Virus record (IMG/VR): IMGVR_UViG_3300028569_002232
Location: 1 to 46,615 of that record
DNA from: a virus
Lineage: Duplodnaviria > Caudoviricetes
Direction: 5' to 3' (one strand)
Length of the DNA stretch: 46,615 nucleotides
The position numbers and the translations under genes were made by a program. Under the pieces are notes generated by a model, which was not told the DNA's origin, searched no databases, and saw nothing but the letters and a program-made list of their open reading frames with translations. How positions within the stretch are numbered: the first letter of the stretch is position 1; the number at the start of each line of letters is the position of its first letter. This document shows positions 18,858 to 28,800 of this stretch, piece by piece.

Positions 18858-21378
18858 TTTTGTTAATTCATTCAAAAAAATAAACTTGCCACTTTATGGA
18901 GTGAGGTTGCCAGAGTTTAAAGTCAAGGCAGAGCATAAAAGGAATTTAGGATTATCGGAAGACATTTCTAATGCTGATTTTCTAAAAAAACTAGCTTACA
19001 ATAATCTTCCTAAAAAACCAGAATATAAAAAACGATTAGATCATGAATTTGAGATCATAGAAGATCTAGGATTCATTGATTATATAATTCTAGTGTGGTT
19101 AGTTATTAACTTCTGTAAAGAAAGCGAAATTCCTACTGGATTAGGAAGAGGAAGCGCAGCGGGTAGTTTAATTCTTTTCTTGATAGGCGTTACTAAAATA
19201 GATCCAATTAAACATAATCTTTACTTTGAAAGATTTATCTCTAAGATTAGAGCTAAGAAACAAGTTGTTGATGGAATCACATATCTTGATGGAAGTTTAA
19301 TGTGCGATGTGGATTTGGATATTTGTTATTACAATCGCCATAAGGTCATAGATTTCTTAAATGAAGTCTTTCCAAATAGAATTAGTAAAATTTTAACATT
19401 CAATACTTTAAGCGGAAAACTTCTCATCAAAGAATGTGGTAAGATCGTAGAGGAAAAAAATGAGACCGAGATGACTCACATAAGCGGTTTAATTCCAAAA
19501 ACATTCGGTCAAGTTAAAGATATTTCTGAAGCTTATAATGAAGTAGAAAAATTTAAAGAATGGTGTGATCAAAATCAAGAGATTTATAATATAGCTTTGA
19601 AACTAAGAAATTTAATAAAAAACAAAGGTGTTCATCCTTCTGGCATTCAGATATCTCACGAAAAATTATCAGAAGCATGTCCATTAGAATTATCTTCCGA
19701 CAAGGAATTGGTAAGTTCTTTCGATATGAACGATATTAGTCAATTTAATGTTAAGCTAGATTTGCTTGGCTTAAGAAGTGTTTCGGTAGTCTATGATGTA
19801 TGTCTTATGATCAACTCTAAGATAGAAGATATCAATACCGAAGATGTATTTATTTACCAGCAATTACAAGACCTTCGAAGTCCTCATGGTCTATTTCAAA
19901 TCGAGGCAGACACAAATTTTAAAGTTTGCAGAAAGGTTCGACCAAGAAATTTAGAAGAGTTAAGTGCGGTATTAGCACTAGCTCGGCCAGGTGCATTACA
20001 ATTCGTTGATCAATACGCTAAATATGTAGAGACTGGAGAGTATCAATCTGTTCATCCATTTTTCGATGAAACATTAAAGAGGACAGGAGGCTTAGCTCTT
20101 TATCAAGAACAATTAATGCAAATGGCGCATAAAATTGGTTTTACTTTAGATCAAGCCGAGATATTGAGGAGAATTGTGGGTAAAAAGAAAGTCGAAGAAA
20201 TCAAAGCTTGGAAAGAGAAGATCGAAAAGAAATGTGTCTCAAATAATTTAGAGAAAGAGATTGGAGAAACTCTATGGAAAATTCTAGAAGATTCTGCCAA
20301 TTACTCATTCAATGCTAGTCATAGTCAAAGCTATGCAGCATTAGCAGCGATTACAATTTATTTAAAATTTAAGCATCCAAAAGAATTCTTCTTATCTTTA
20401 TTAAGGATGACCAGATTTGAGCCAGATCCTATAGATGAAATATCTAAGATTCATAAAGAAATGGATTTATTTAATATCAAACTATTACCACCACATATTA
20501 TTAAATCAGAAATGGACTTTAGTGTTGAAGGAGATGATATTAGGTTCGGCTTGTTATCTATTAAAGGAATTAGCGATAAGTCTATTCAAAGACTTAATGA
20601 TTTTAGAAATAAATATGCTTCGAAGTTTGACGTATTTAAGTCTGGGCAACAAGCGAAGTTGTCGATAAGGGTGCTATCTCCATTAATCCAAGCTGGAGCA
20701 TTAGAGGATTTTAAGCAGTCTAGGAGTAAAGTAGTACTAGAAGCTCAACTATGGAATATATTAACTCAAAATGAGCAAAAATACTGTATGATGTATGGAG
20801 AAAAGTTTGATTATGATCTCTTTAAGATTATTAAACTATTAAGTAATACAAAAGATGAAAAAGGCAAACTTATAATCAAAGAGACAAGGTTAGAAACAAT
20901 AACAAATTCTTACGATCCATATAAGAAAATATATCAACAAAACAGTAAAAATGAAAGATTTGCTAATTGGTACTATGAAAATAAACTTTTAGGCTATACA
21001 TATAACACTAGCTTAAAGGATATCTTTTCTGATCAGAAGCCAGATCTATTAAATATAAGAGAAGTCAATGAAGCACCAGAAGGACTATCAGTTATATTCA
21101 TAGGCATAATTAAAGAACAATATTTAGGTATAGCCAACAACGCAAAGAAGACCAGATATTTAAGACTATCTGTGCAAGATGAGAGCTCCAAATTAACCGC
21201 ATTAATATTCAATGACAAGATAGACGAATGTAAAGATATGAATAATATGTTACCAGATGAAGGTAATATTGTGATAGTTAAAGGTAAGAAAAAAGGTGAA
21301 GATACCGTATTCGCAGATTTGATATCAATTCAAGATCATAAAATCTTTATGAAACTTGGAGAAATTAAAGAAAAATAA
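18841..21378 (+). CDS. dnaE: DNA polymerase III alpha catalytic core lacking the PHP domain
   Basis: GRGSAAGS, LYFERF, CDVDLD catalytic motif, HPSG, KLDLLGL, YQEQLM, YSFNASHS and a C-terminal OB fold. Confidence 0.93.
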   Translation: MTKTVDFVNSFKKINLPLYGVRLPEFKVKAEHKRNLGLSEDISNADFLKKLAYNNLPKKPEYKKRLDHEFEIIEDLGFIDYIILVWLVINFCKESEIPTGLGRGSAAGSLILFLIGVTKIDPIKHNLYFERFISKIRAKKQVVDGITYLDGSLMCDVDLDICYYNRHKVIDFLNEVFPNRISKILTFNTLSGKLLIKECGKIVEEKNETEMTHISGLIPKTFGQVKDISEAYNEVEKFKEWCDQNQEIYNIALKLRNLIKNKGVHPSGIQISHEKLSEACPLELSSDKELVSSFDMNDISQFNVKLDLLGLRSVSVVYDVCLMINSKIEDINTEDVFIYQQLQDLRSPHGLFQIEADTNFKVCRKVRPRNLEELSAVLALARPGALQFVDQYAKYVETGEYQSVHPFFDETLKRTGGLALYQEQLMQMAHKIGFTLDQAEILRRIVGKKKVEEIKAWKEKIEKKCVSNNLEKEIGETLWKILEDSANYSFNASHSQSYAALAAITIYLKFKHPKEFFLSLLRMTRFEPDPIDEISKIHKEMDLFNIKLLPPHIIKSEMDFSVEGDDIRFGLLSIKGISDKSIQRLNDFRNKYASKFDVFKSGQQAKLSIRVLSPLIQAGALEDFKQSRSKVVLEAQLWNILTQNEQKYCMMYGEKFDYDLFKIIKLLSNTKDEKGKLIIKETRLETITNSYDPYKKIYQQNSKNERFANWYYENKLLGYTYNTSLKDIFSDQKPDLLNIREVNEAPEGLSVIFIGIIKEQYLGIANNAKKTRYLRLSVQDESSKLTALIFNDKIDECKDMNNMLPDEGNIVIVKGKKKGEDTVFADLISIQDHKIFMKLGEIKEK

Positions 21379-21379
21379 C

Positions 21380-21408
21380 TTGATTTTTTATTAAGAGTTT
21401 GATAATAT
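21380..21408 (+). promoter_or_regulatory. sigma70-type promoter with extended -10, leaderless
   Basis: TTGATT, 17 nt, TGnTAATAT; ATG 7 nt downstream. Confidence 0.6.
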
Positions 21409-21415
21409 ATACTAT

Positions 21416-22000
21416 ATGATACAAATTTATAAACCAACCCCAAGAGTAACTGGCACAGCTTGTAGCTTTTCTTTCAATAATATTGATGGCAATTTTTATT
21501 TAAATTTAATTAAACAGGCTAGCTGGAATGACCAAAAGAAGATCGGTAGTTTTTCTGAAAACGCACAGAATCCAGAGAAAAAAGTAGTAGTTAAACTATC
21601 TAAAATCGAAGTGTGTGGAATATTAGATGCACTAGACAACAACAGATCAATAGACTTATTTCATAACTCAGAGAATCAAAAGCTAGGGATAAAGTTTTCT
21701 CCTTATATCAGAGAAGAGAAACAAGTTGGATATAGCTTAAATGTTATTAAAAATTCAAAGATACAGACTACTCAGCCTGCAATTAGTTTCCTAATTGGTT
21801 TTACGTTTGCTGAAGCTCGCATGGTTTCAGAATATATTAAGTTTGGTTTAGATCATATTTTTTCTACGGAAAGAAGTGATGAAATTAAAAATCTAAAAAC
21901 TAATAAAGCAAAAGCTATAGACGAGAGAAAGCAAAAAGACAAGACCCAAGATGTAACAGAAGATTCTCGGCAAGTCGAAGACAACGAAGATCTTTGGTAA
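21416..22000 (+). CDS. putative single-stranded DNA-binding protein (Whirly-like)
   Basis: Collinear resemblance to Whirly motifs, an acidic/aromatic tail (EDNEDLW), and a position directly after the polymerase. Confidence 0.55.
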   Translation: MIQIYKPTPRVTGTACSFSFNNIDGNFYLNLIKQASWNDQKKIGSFSENAQNPEKKVVVKLSKIEVCGILDALDNNRSIDLFHNSENQKLGIKFSPYIREEKQVGYSLNVIKNSKIQTTQPAISFLIGFTFAEARMVSEYIKFGLDHIFSTERSDEIKNLKTNKAKAIDERKQKDKTQDVTEDSRQVEDNEDLW

Positions 22001-22005
22001 GATAA

Positions 22006-23925
22006 ATGCGTAAAAAGATAGTCTTTCAGTCTGATTTTTCTTTAGCTAAAACTGGTTTTGGAAGAAACTCCAAAGCAATTCTTAAATATTTGTATAAAAC
22101 AGGCAAGTACGATATAGTAAACTATTGCTGCGGAATGCAAAAAGGAAATTCTCAACTTGAAAGAACTCCATGGAAAAGTCGTGGTTCTCTTCCTAACTCC
22201 CAGCAAGAGGTAGATCAATTAAATAAAGATCCTCACTTAGCTAGAATGGCTAGTTATGGGGCTTATTTACTAGATGAGGTAATTAAAGAAGAAAAACCTG
22301 ATGTATATATTGCAGTCCAAGACATTTGGGGTGTAGATTTTGCAATAGATAAGCCTTGGTTTGATAAAGTTAATTCAGTTATATGGACGACCTTAGACTC
22401 TCTTCCAATTTTAGAATCAGCGGTGAAATGTGCTCCTAAAGTTAAGAATTATTGGATTTGGAGTGAATTCGCAACAAAAGCTTTACATAGTTTAGGACAT
22501 AAGCATGTTAAAACTGTACACGGAGCATTAGATACAGATAATTTCTACAGAATCTCAGAAGATAAAAGAGCAGCATTAAGATCAAAATTTAATATAGATA
22601 AAGATAAATTCATGATTGGATTTGTATTTAGAAATCAACTTAGAAAAAGCGTTCCAAATCTTTTAGAAGGATATTCCATTTGGAAAAAAGAAAATAATAT
22701 AAAGAACTCTGGGCTTTTGCTTCACACCCATTTTGGTGAAGGTTGGGGAATTATGAAGCTAGCTAAAGAATATGGTATTGATCCTAAAGAAATATACACA
22801 ACCTATATTTGTAAAGCTTGTGGAAACTATGAAGTTAAAAATTTTACAGAACAAGATTTAGACTGTAGTTTTTGTGAAAGCAAAAAATCCCAAATTACTA
22901 CAAATGTTGGTATTGGAGTTACTGAAGAGAGCCTAAATGAAGTATACAATTTAATGGATGTATACTGTCACCCATTTACCAGTGGAGGACAAGAGATTCC
23001 TATACAAGAAGCAAAACTCACAGAGCTAATTACTTTAGTTACAAACTACTCTTGTGGAGAGGATATGTGTTTAGATGAAGCCTATAGTTTGCCATTGGAA
23101 TGGAATGAATATAGAGAACATGGTACAGAATTCATTAAAGCCTCTACTTCTCCAAAATCTATAGCTCAAAATTTACTTAAAGTTTACAGTATGTCTAAAG
23201 AAGAAAGATTAGATCTTGGTAAAAAAGCTAGAGAATGGACTATTAAAAATTACTCAGTAGAAACTATTGGTAAAATAATAGAAGAATTCATCGACTCCTC
23301 TCCCTCTGTAGATAAGGAATACTCTTTTAAAGCAGAAGAAAAAGACGCATATTGTAATGTGCCAGAGATTAAAGATGACGATGAGTGGATTCTTTATTTA
23401 TATAAAAATATTTTAAAATCTAATAATATAGATAAAACAGACGAAGGATATAAATACTGGTCAAAAGAATTAGAAAAAGGTACGAAAAGAATCGATATAG
23501 AGAATTACTTTCGTCAGGTCGCTCTGCAAGATAATAGTAAAAATCAAAAAGTCTCATTTGATGATCTTCTAGATAAAGACGACTCAGGAAAAAGAATACT
23601 ATATGTAATGCCAGAAAGCATTGGGGATGTATTCTTATCTACAAGTTTATTTAGATCTATTAAAGACCAGTATCCAGATTACAATTTATACGTAGCAACA
23701 AAACCAGAATATTTCGACATTTTAGACGCAAATACTCATGTTCATAAAGTAATACAATATATTTCTCAAATGGATAGCTTACCTTGGCTAGAAGGAATGT
23801 CGTTGCACAAAGGTTATTTTGAAATAGCCTTTTTACCATATTCTCAAACTCAAAGATTTTTGACTTATCTTCATAATGGTAAAACTAATATAGCTTACAA
23901 GGATTATAAATATGCATCTAATTGA
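22006..23925 (+). CDS. multidomain glycosyltransferase: GT4-like with Zn ribbon, DUF4214-like domain and N-terminal half of GT9
   Basis: TGFGR, RNQLRK, EVYNLMDVY.HP..SGGQEIPIQEA (GT4); CKAC..CSFC; WILYLYKNIL....DEGYKYW...L..G; SIGDVF.STSL...K.QYPD (GT9 N-terminus). Confidence 0.78.
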   Translation: MRKKIVFQSDFSLAKTGFGRNSKAILKYLYKTGKYDIVNYCCGMQKGNSQLERTPWKSRGSLPNSQQEVDQLNKDPHLARMASYGAYLLDEVIKEEKPDVYIAVQDIWGVDFAIDKPWFDKVNSVIWTTLDSLPILESAVKCAPKVKNYWIWSEFATKALHSLGHKHVKTVHGALDTDNFYRISEDKRAALRSKFNIDKDKFMIGFVFRNQLRKSVPNLLEGYSIWKKENNIKNSGLLLHTHFGEGWGIMKLAKEYGIDPKEIYTTYICKACGNYEVKNFTEQDLDCSFCESKKSQITTNVGIGVTEESLNEVYNLMDVYCHPFTSGGQEIPIQEAKLTELITLVTNYSCGEDMCLDEAYSLPLEWNEYREHGTEFIKASTSPKSIAQNLLKVYSMSKEERLDLGKKAREWTIKNYSVETIGKIIEEFIDSSPSVDKEYSFKAEEKDAYCNVPEIKDDDEWILYLYKNILKSNNIDKTDEGYKYWSKELEKGTKRIDIENYFRQVALQDNSKNQKVSFDDLLDKDDSGKRILYVMPESIGDVFLSTSLFRSIKDQYPDYNLYVATKPEYFDILDANTHVHKVIQYISQMDSLPWLEGMSLHKGYFEIAFLPYSQTQRFLTYLHNGKTNIAYKDYKYASN

Positions 23926-25087
23926 AACTTATGCTTTAAATTGCGGTCTTAAAATAGACAAGCCATTTATATATGAAAAATACTGTCCAATTCCATTCGA
24001 TAAATATATATCTTTTCAACCATGTAGTAAATATAGTTCAAAGAGTTATGATCTTTGGCAAGAAGTAATTGATCAAATTGTTCCAATACTTCAAGAAGAT
24101 GAGATACATGTAGTTCAAATTGGTGGTAAAGATGAGAAACCAATAAAAAACTGTTATCATTTGCAAGGCAAAACCAATATAAACCAAGCCGCTTATATCA
24201 TAAAAAGGGGTTTGTTGCATTTTGGGGCAGATAGTTTTGGAGTTCATATTGCTAGTAGTTATGATAAACCTATCGTTGCGCTCTATTCTAATAGTAGGCC
24301 AGAGAACGCTGGTCCATATTTTAATTCAAAAGACAATGTTAAGATACTAGAAATTAATAAAAAAGACAGAAAACCCAGTTATTCATCAGAAGAATCTCCT
24401 AAAACTATTAATGAGATAGATCCGATTGAGATCGCAAATAGTATATTACGATTTCTTAATATGAAAAAAATTGATATTAAAACAAGTTATGTTGGAGAGG
24501 ATTATAATAGAAAGCTAATAGAGTCTGTTCCAGACAGCGTGATATCTGACATATCTAAGCTAGGAGTAAATTCCTTAATCATGCGTATGGACTATGAATT
24601 TAATGAACAGGTTTTAGAAGAACAGCTTAAAAGAAATAACTGCTCCATTGTGACTAATAAACCTATAAAGTATGATATTTTGAATAAATATAAAAATAAT
24701 ATTTCTCAAATTATTTATAATTTAGATGAAAATCACAGTCTATATTTTGTAAAAGACCTTAAGAGACTAGGAAAAACTTTTATATTATCCACATTTTTAT
24801 CAGAAGATTTTGTTAATAGCATAAAACTAGATTATATGGACTATTCTCAAATCATAAGGTCTGTAAAAAGTGAAAAGAAAGATATAGAATATCTTAAAGA
24901 TAAAGATATTAGTAATCTATATTATAAATCAAATAAATATACAATAAGTCGTGGTAAAATTTATAATTCTAAAGCGGCTTATCTTGATAATATACCTTTT
25001 GACAATAATCCTATTAAAGCAATAGATAATTCGACCTTTTGGGAAGAGTCTAAGTATTTTTACTTGTTTGAGTTGACAAAAACTTAA
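23912..25087 (+). CDS. GT9 C-terminal half plus an unknown C-terminal domain
   Basis: KSY..WQEVI, VVQIGG and GKTNINQAAYII....LHFGADSFGVHIAS...KPIVALY. Confidence 0.75.
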   Translation: MHLIETYALNCGLKIDKPFIYEKYCPIPFDKYISFQPCSKYSSKSYDLWQEVIDQIVPILQEDEIHVVQIGGKDEKPIKNCYHLQGKTNINQAAYIIKRGLLHFGADSFGVHIASSYDKPIVALYSNSRPENAGPYFNSKDNVKILEINKKDRKPSYSSEESPKTINEIDPIEIANSILRFLNMKKIDIKTSYVGEDYNRKLIESVPDSVISDISKLGVNSLIMRMDYEFNEQVLEEQLKRNNCSIVTNKPIKYDILNKYKNNISQIIYNLDENHSLYFVKDLKRLGKTFILSTFLSEDFVNSIKLDYMDYSQIIRSVKSEKKDIEYLKDKDISNLYYKSNKYTISRGKIYNSKAAYLDNIPFDNNPIKAIDNSTFWEESKYFYLFELTKT

Positions 25088-25101
25088 ACATGCAGTAATA
25101 T
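25073..25101 (+). promoter_or_regulatory. sigma70-type promoter, leaderless
   Basis: TTGACA, 17 nt, TAATAT; ATG 6 nt downstream. Confidence 0.7.
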
Positions 25102-25107
25102 CTAAAT

Positions 25108-25899
25108 ATGCAAGAAACAATATCTATAGGTAGCTCAGAGTTATCTAAAATTCAAGTACTTGAAAAGAATGTAGTTATACCAAATGATGCTAAAGTATGT
25201 CCACCAAAACTTTTTATTAGAAATGAATATGGACTTTTAGAAAACGATAACATCTCTTATCAATTTAATGAGGATGGATCTATTAATTGGAGAGGAATGG
25301 TTAAAACTCAATACCTTGTTCCTAATAGGCAAAGAACTCAACAAACCGATGTATCTAAACTAGAAGATAGAGATTTATTAATTCTTTTAGGAGGAATTAA
25401 AGAATTAGCTCAAATTCGTGGTTTTACAAGCGTGGAATATAATGTAGTAACCGCAGCAGATAATTATTTTGCAACATCATGTAAAATAACATGGATTCCT
25501 AACTATGAAACAAGTAATAAGCCAGTTATATTTGAAGCATTAGCAGACGCTTCTCTTGTTAATACCAAAGATTTTGCTAGATATTTCTTGGCAGCAATAG
25601 CAGAGAATAGAGCTTTTGTTAGATGTGTTAGAAATTTTCTAAAAATTAATATTGTATCTCAAGAAGAACTTGGTGATGCAAAACTAGGTTTAGTAGCTAA
25701 AGAGGATTCTGAGAAAGAGAATCCTATGAATCCTACAGCTTTATTAGAGAAAGTAATGAAAGAAAAGGGAGTATCTTTTGATATACTTAAAAATAAATTA
25801 CTAAAAGAAAAATTTGATGGTGCAGAAAGCTTAACCTCTATTAAAGATGTGCCTAAAAGTAAAGTTTTTGAACTTATAGAAAGACTTAAAAAAGTTTAA
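25108..25899 (+). CDS. putative Rad52/Sak-like single-strand annealing protein
   Basis: ADAS..N......FLAAIAENRAFVRCVRNFLKI....QEE resembles the Rad52-like 'AETRA..RA.R' helix. Confidence 0.5.
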   Translation: MQETISIGSSELSKIQVLEKNVVIPNDAKVCPPKLFIRNEYGLLENDNISYQFNEDGSINWRGMVKTQYLVPNRQRTQQTDVSKLEDRDLLILLGGIKELAQIRGFTSVEYNVVTAADNYFATSCKITWIPNYETSNKPVIFEALADASLVNTKDFARYFLAAIAENRAFVRCVRNFLKINIVSQEELGDAKLGLVAKEDSEKENPMNPTALLEKVMKEKGVSFDILKNKLLKEKFDGAESLTSIKDVPKSKVFELIERLKKV

Positions 25900-28800
25900 T
25901 TTTAAGGAAATCTCCACTTCTGTAAATTGCACCAACAGGTAAATTACTTGCACCAGTAGGTAAGTTATTTAAATCTAAATTAATTGGTGAAACACCAGAG
26001 CTTACCCCAGTAATATAAATTCCACTTGCAAAATGCATGGTTAATGTATTAGATCCTAAATTAATTTTTTTAGTTGGCGTACTATCTCCAAGAACCATAC
26101 ATCCACTTTTATCAATGTCAATATTTCTACCAACACCATAACTATATGAGGCTCTAATATTATTATGTGTTCCACCTAAAATGGCAGAAAAAGAACCAGA
26201 AATAGTATTCAATTTTCCACCAACTATAGCAGATGCAAAACTCTCACTGGCTACATCACGATTGGTGTTTTCAATATTATTACTTTCACCACCAAGTATT
26301 ACTGCATTTTGTATGTTACCTGTAATAACATTTAAATTACCTGCAACTACACCACAAAAAACTGTTTTTGGAGCTTCAAAATCTGATACGAAATCTGAAA
26401 TAGAATTAGATCTACCTCCAGGAATTACATTATAATCACCTAAAATTGTATTTTTAACTCCACCACCTATCACAGAAACAAGACCTTTAATAAAGTTTCC
26501 AGTTCCTCCTCCAATAGTTGAGCTACCAACGTCATCGAATCCGAATCCTGCAAGCCTACCATAAGCGCTTTCTCCAATTAGATTTCGAGTCAACACTAAA
26601 TCTCTAGTTAAATCCGTAAGTATATAATCAAAATTTAAATCTTTTAATTCTTGACCAGATATAGTATCTGAAATCTTTATATCAAATCGGGAAGGATCTG
26701 AATGAGTAAATATGTGGTAATATAAATTATTATCAGAAGTTGCTCTACCAAACACTTTGACTTCTTGAGAAGCAGAATTTTCCGTATTTATAACAATTTC
26801 TTTTGACAATTGAAAAGTTTCATATCCTAAAATATGATTCACAGCATTATATTGTTCGTGACCAGTTCCCTCTACAGCTAAGTAATTGATTTTTAATTGC
26901 TCGCCAGAACTTAAATTATTAGAAAGTTTAATAGAAAAGCCTGTTTTTGTAATGTCTTCAATGTTGGCTACATAAAAATTATTATTATTAATATTTTCTA
27001 AGTTAAAGAGTATTCTTGGTCTTTTTCTTAAGTTTAGATCGAATGGAATACTAAAGATATTCTGATTACTTCCAGATATAATTTTTGATGAGGCAAAATG
27101 AGAACCAGAATCAAATGCGTATTTACCAGATCTGTAAATGCCTACATTGAAACTTACGTCCTCTACAAGATTATTACCAAAATTAATATTGAATTGATTT
27201 TGAGTGTGATTGCTAGTTGCATATGGATAAAAATTATTTCCAGATATTATCTCGTCAACTATAGGAATATAACTTTCAGGTATTCCAGAAAGTAAAGATA
27301 TTGAGTAGGTATTCAAACCAGAATTTAATCCTGTATTGTAAACTTGTAAATTATGATTTAAAATAGTTCCCGTATAACTAACGGCATCTAATAATATGTA
27401 TTCATTTTTGGGATCTATAGGATTATTTAATACAATCTTTAATTTATTTTGTTCTATTTCACGACCTTTAGCTATATAAAGACTATTAGAATCAGGCTTA
27501 TATACATTTTGAAAAATATATTGAGATCTATCTATAGGTATATCAAAATTAGCTCCCGTACCAAATATAATATTAGCAAAAGGTTTAACGCTACCAACTT
27601 CTAGAATTTTACCTAAATTTTCTTTTATACCTGTAAAATTGCCTATATTTCCTGCAAAAAAATGTGCAAAAACATTTTCATCTAGTGATTTTGAAAATAC
27701 TATATTAAATCCAGATCTGTTTACGCCAGTTATATGATTTTTATAAAAGTCTTGAGACTGGAGTGTATTCAAAACAACAATATTGTCTGTTCCATCAAAT
27801 GGAGTTTGAAAATTTATTCGTAAATCTTTAACGCCAGAAGCTATTCCAGTACTAAATACTTTAAATTGAGAAACTTTATCATCTTCTCCAAAAGATCCAG
27901 AATATAGGTTTTGAGAATATACGCTAATCCAAGAAAATATGTCAATATTTAAATCTTCTGAATCTAATACACTTGCAAATTCAACATCAAGTTGCGTAGA
28001 AGTTACATTACTTAATTTAATATCATAAAAATCTTGTTCACCAGTTTTTTTAATATTTTGTAAAATTCCTAACTGATTTGTATATAGAGCTAAAGGGTAA
28101 ATAATTTCTCTATTTTTTTCACCTGTTAAAGATACAGAAAATATTTGATTTCCAATACCCGCAAGACCAGTTGATAATGCATCAACAATATTATTTTTAC
28201 CTCCACCAATATTACAGAATGATCCAATAATTTTATTATTTTCGCCACCAACGATATTAGAGTCTTGAGAAATAAACGCGCCTAAACCAGTTATTAAATT
28301 TGCTTGTCCAGCAATTATAGAAGATCTTCTAGAATTTGAAGCGGTATTATTTGTACCGAATATAAATACATTATTTGATCCACTTTCAATTAAATTATTT
28401 AATCCAAGAGCTACAGAATGTTCAGAGTTAACCACGTTATTTGAATTTAGAATATTTCTTGAAGTCGTTAATATACCAGACAATGGTCCAACAATATCTA
28501 AACCCAAGCCGTTAAATTTAATATAATTATCTGAATTTCCTACTCTAAATTTAGGTTTTCCAGGATTGTAGGAATTATCATAGCCCAAGAAAAATCCGCT
28601 TCCTAAATTTGAATCTATATCATTAACACTCTTTATAACACCGCTTGCGACATTAAGGCGACCAATATTCAAAATTGAAGTTATATTAGATTGTTCTGAT
28701 AGCGAAATTTGAGTTGAAGTTGCGCTAAATTCATTTGAAAACGCAATCCAATTAGGATTTGTTGGACCAGGAGTAGAGTTTGTGTTTGTTGTAGCTGCAT

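Noticed and set aside
17168-21378. Trans-splicing split intein in DnaE, as in cyanobacteria
   Set aside because: There is no IntN (C-start block A/B) at the end of the PHP protein and no IntC (…HN-C/S) at the start of the core.
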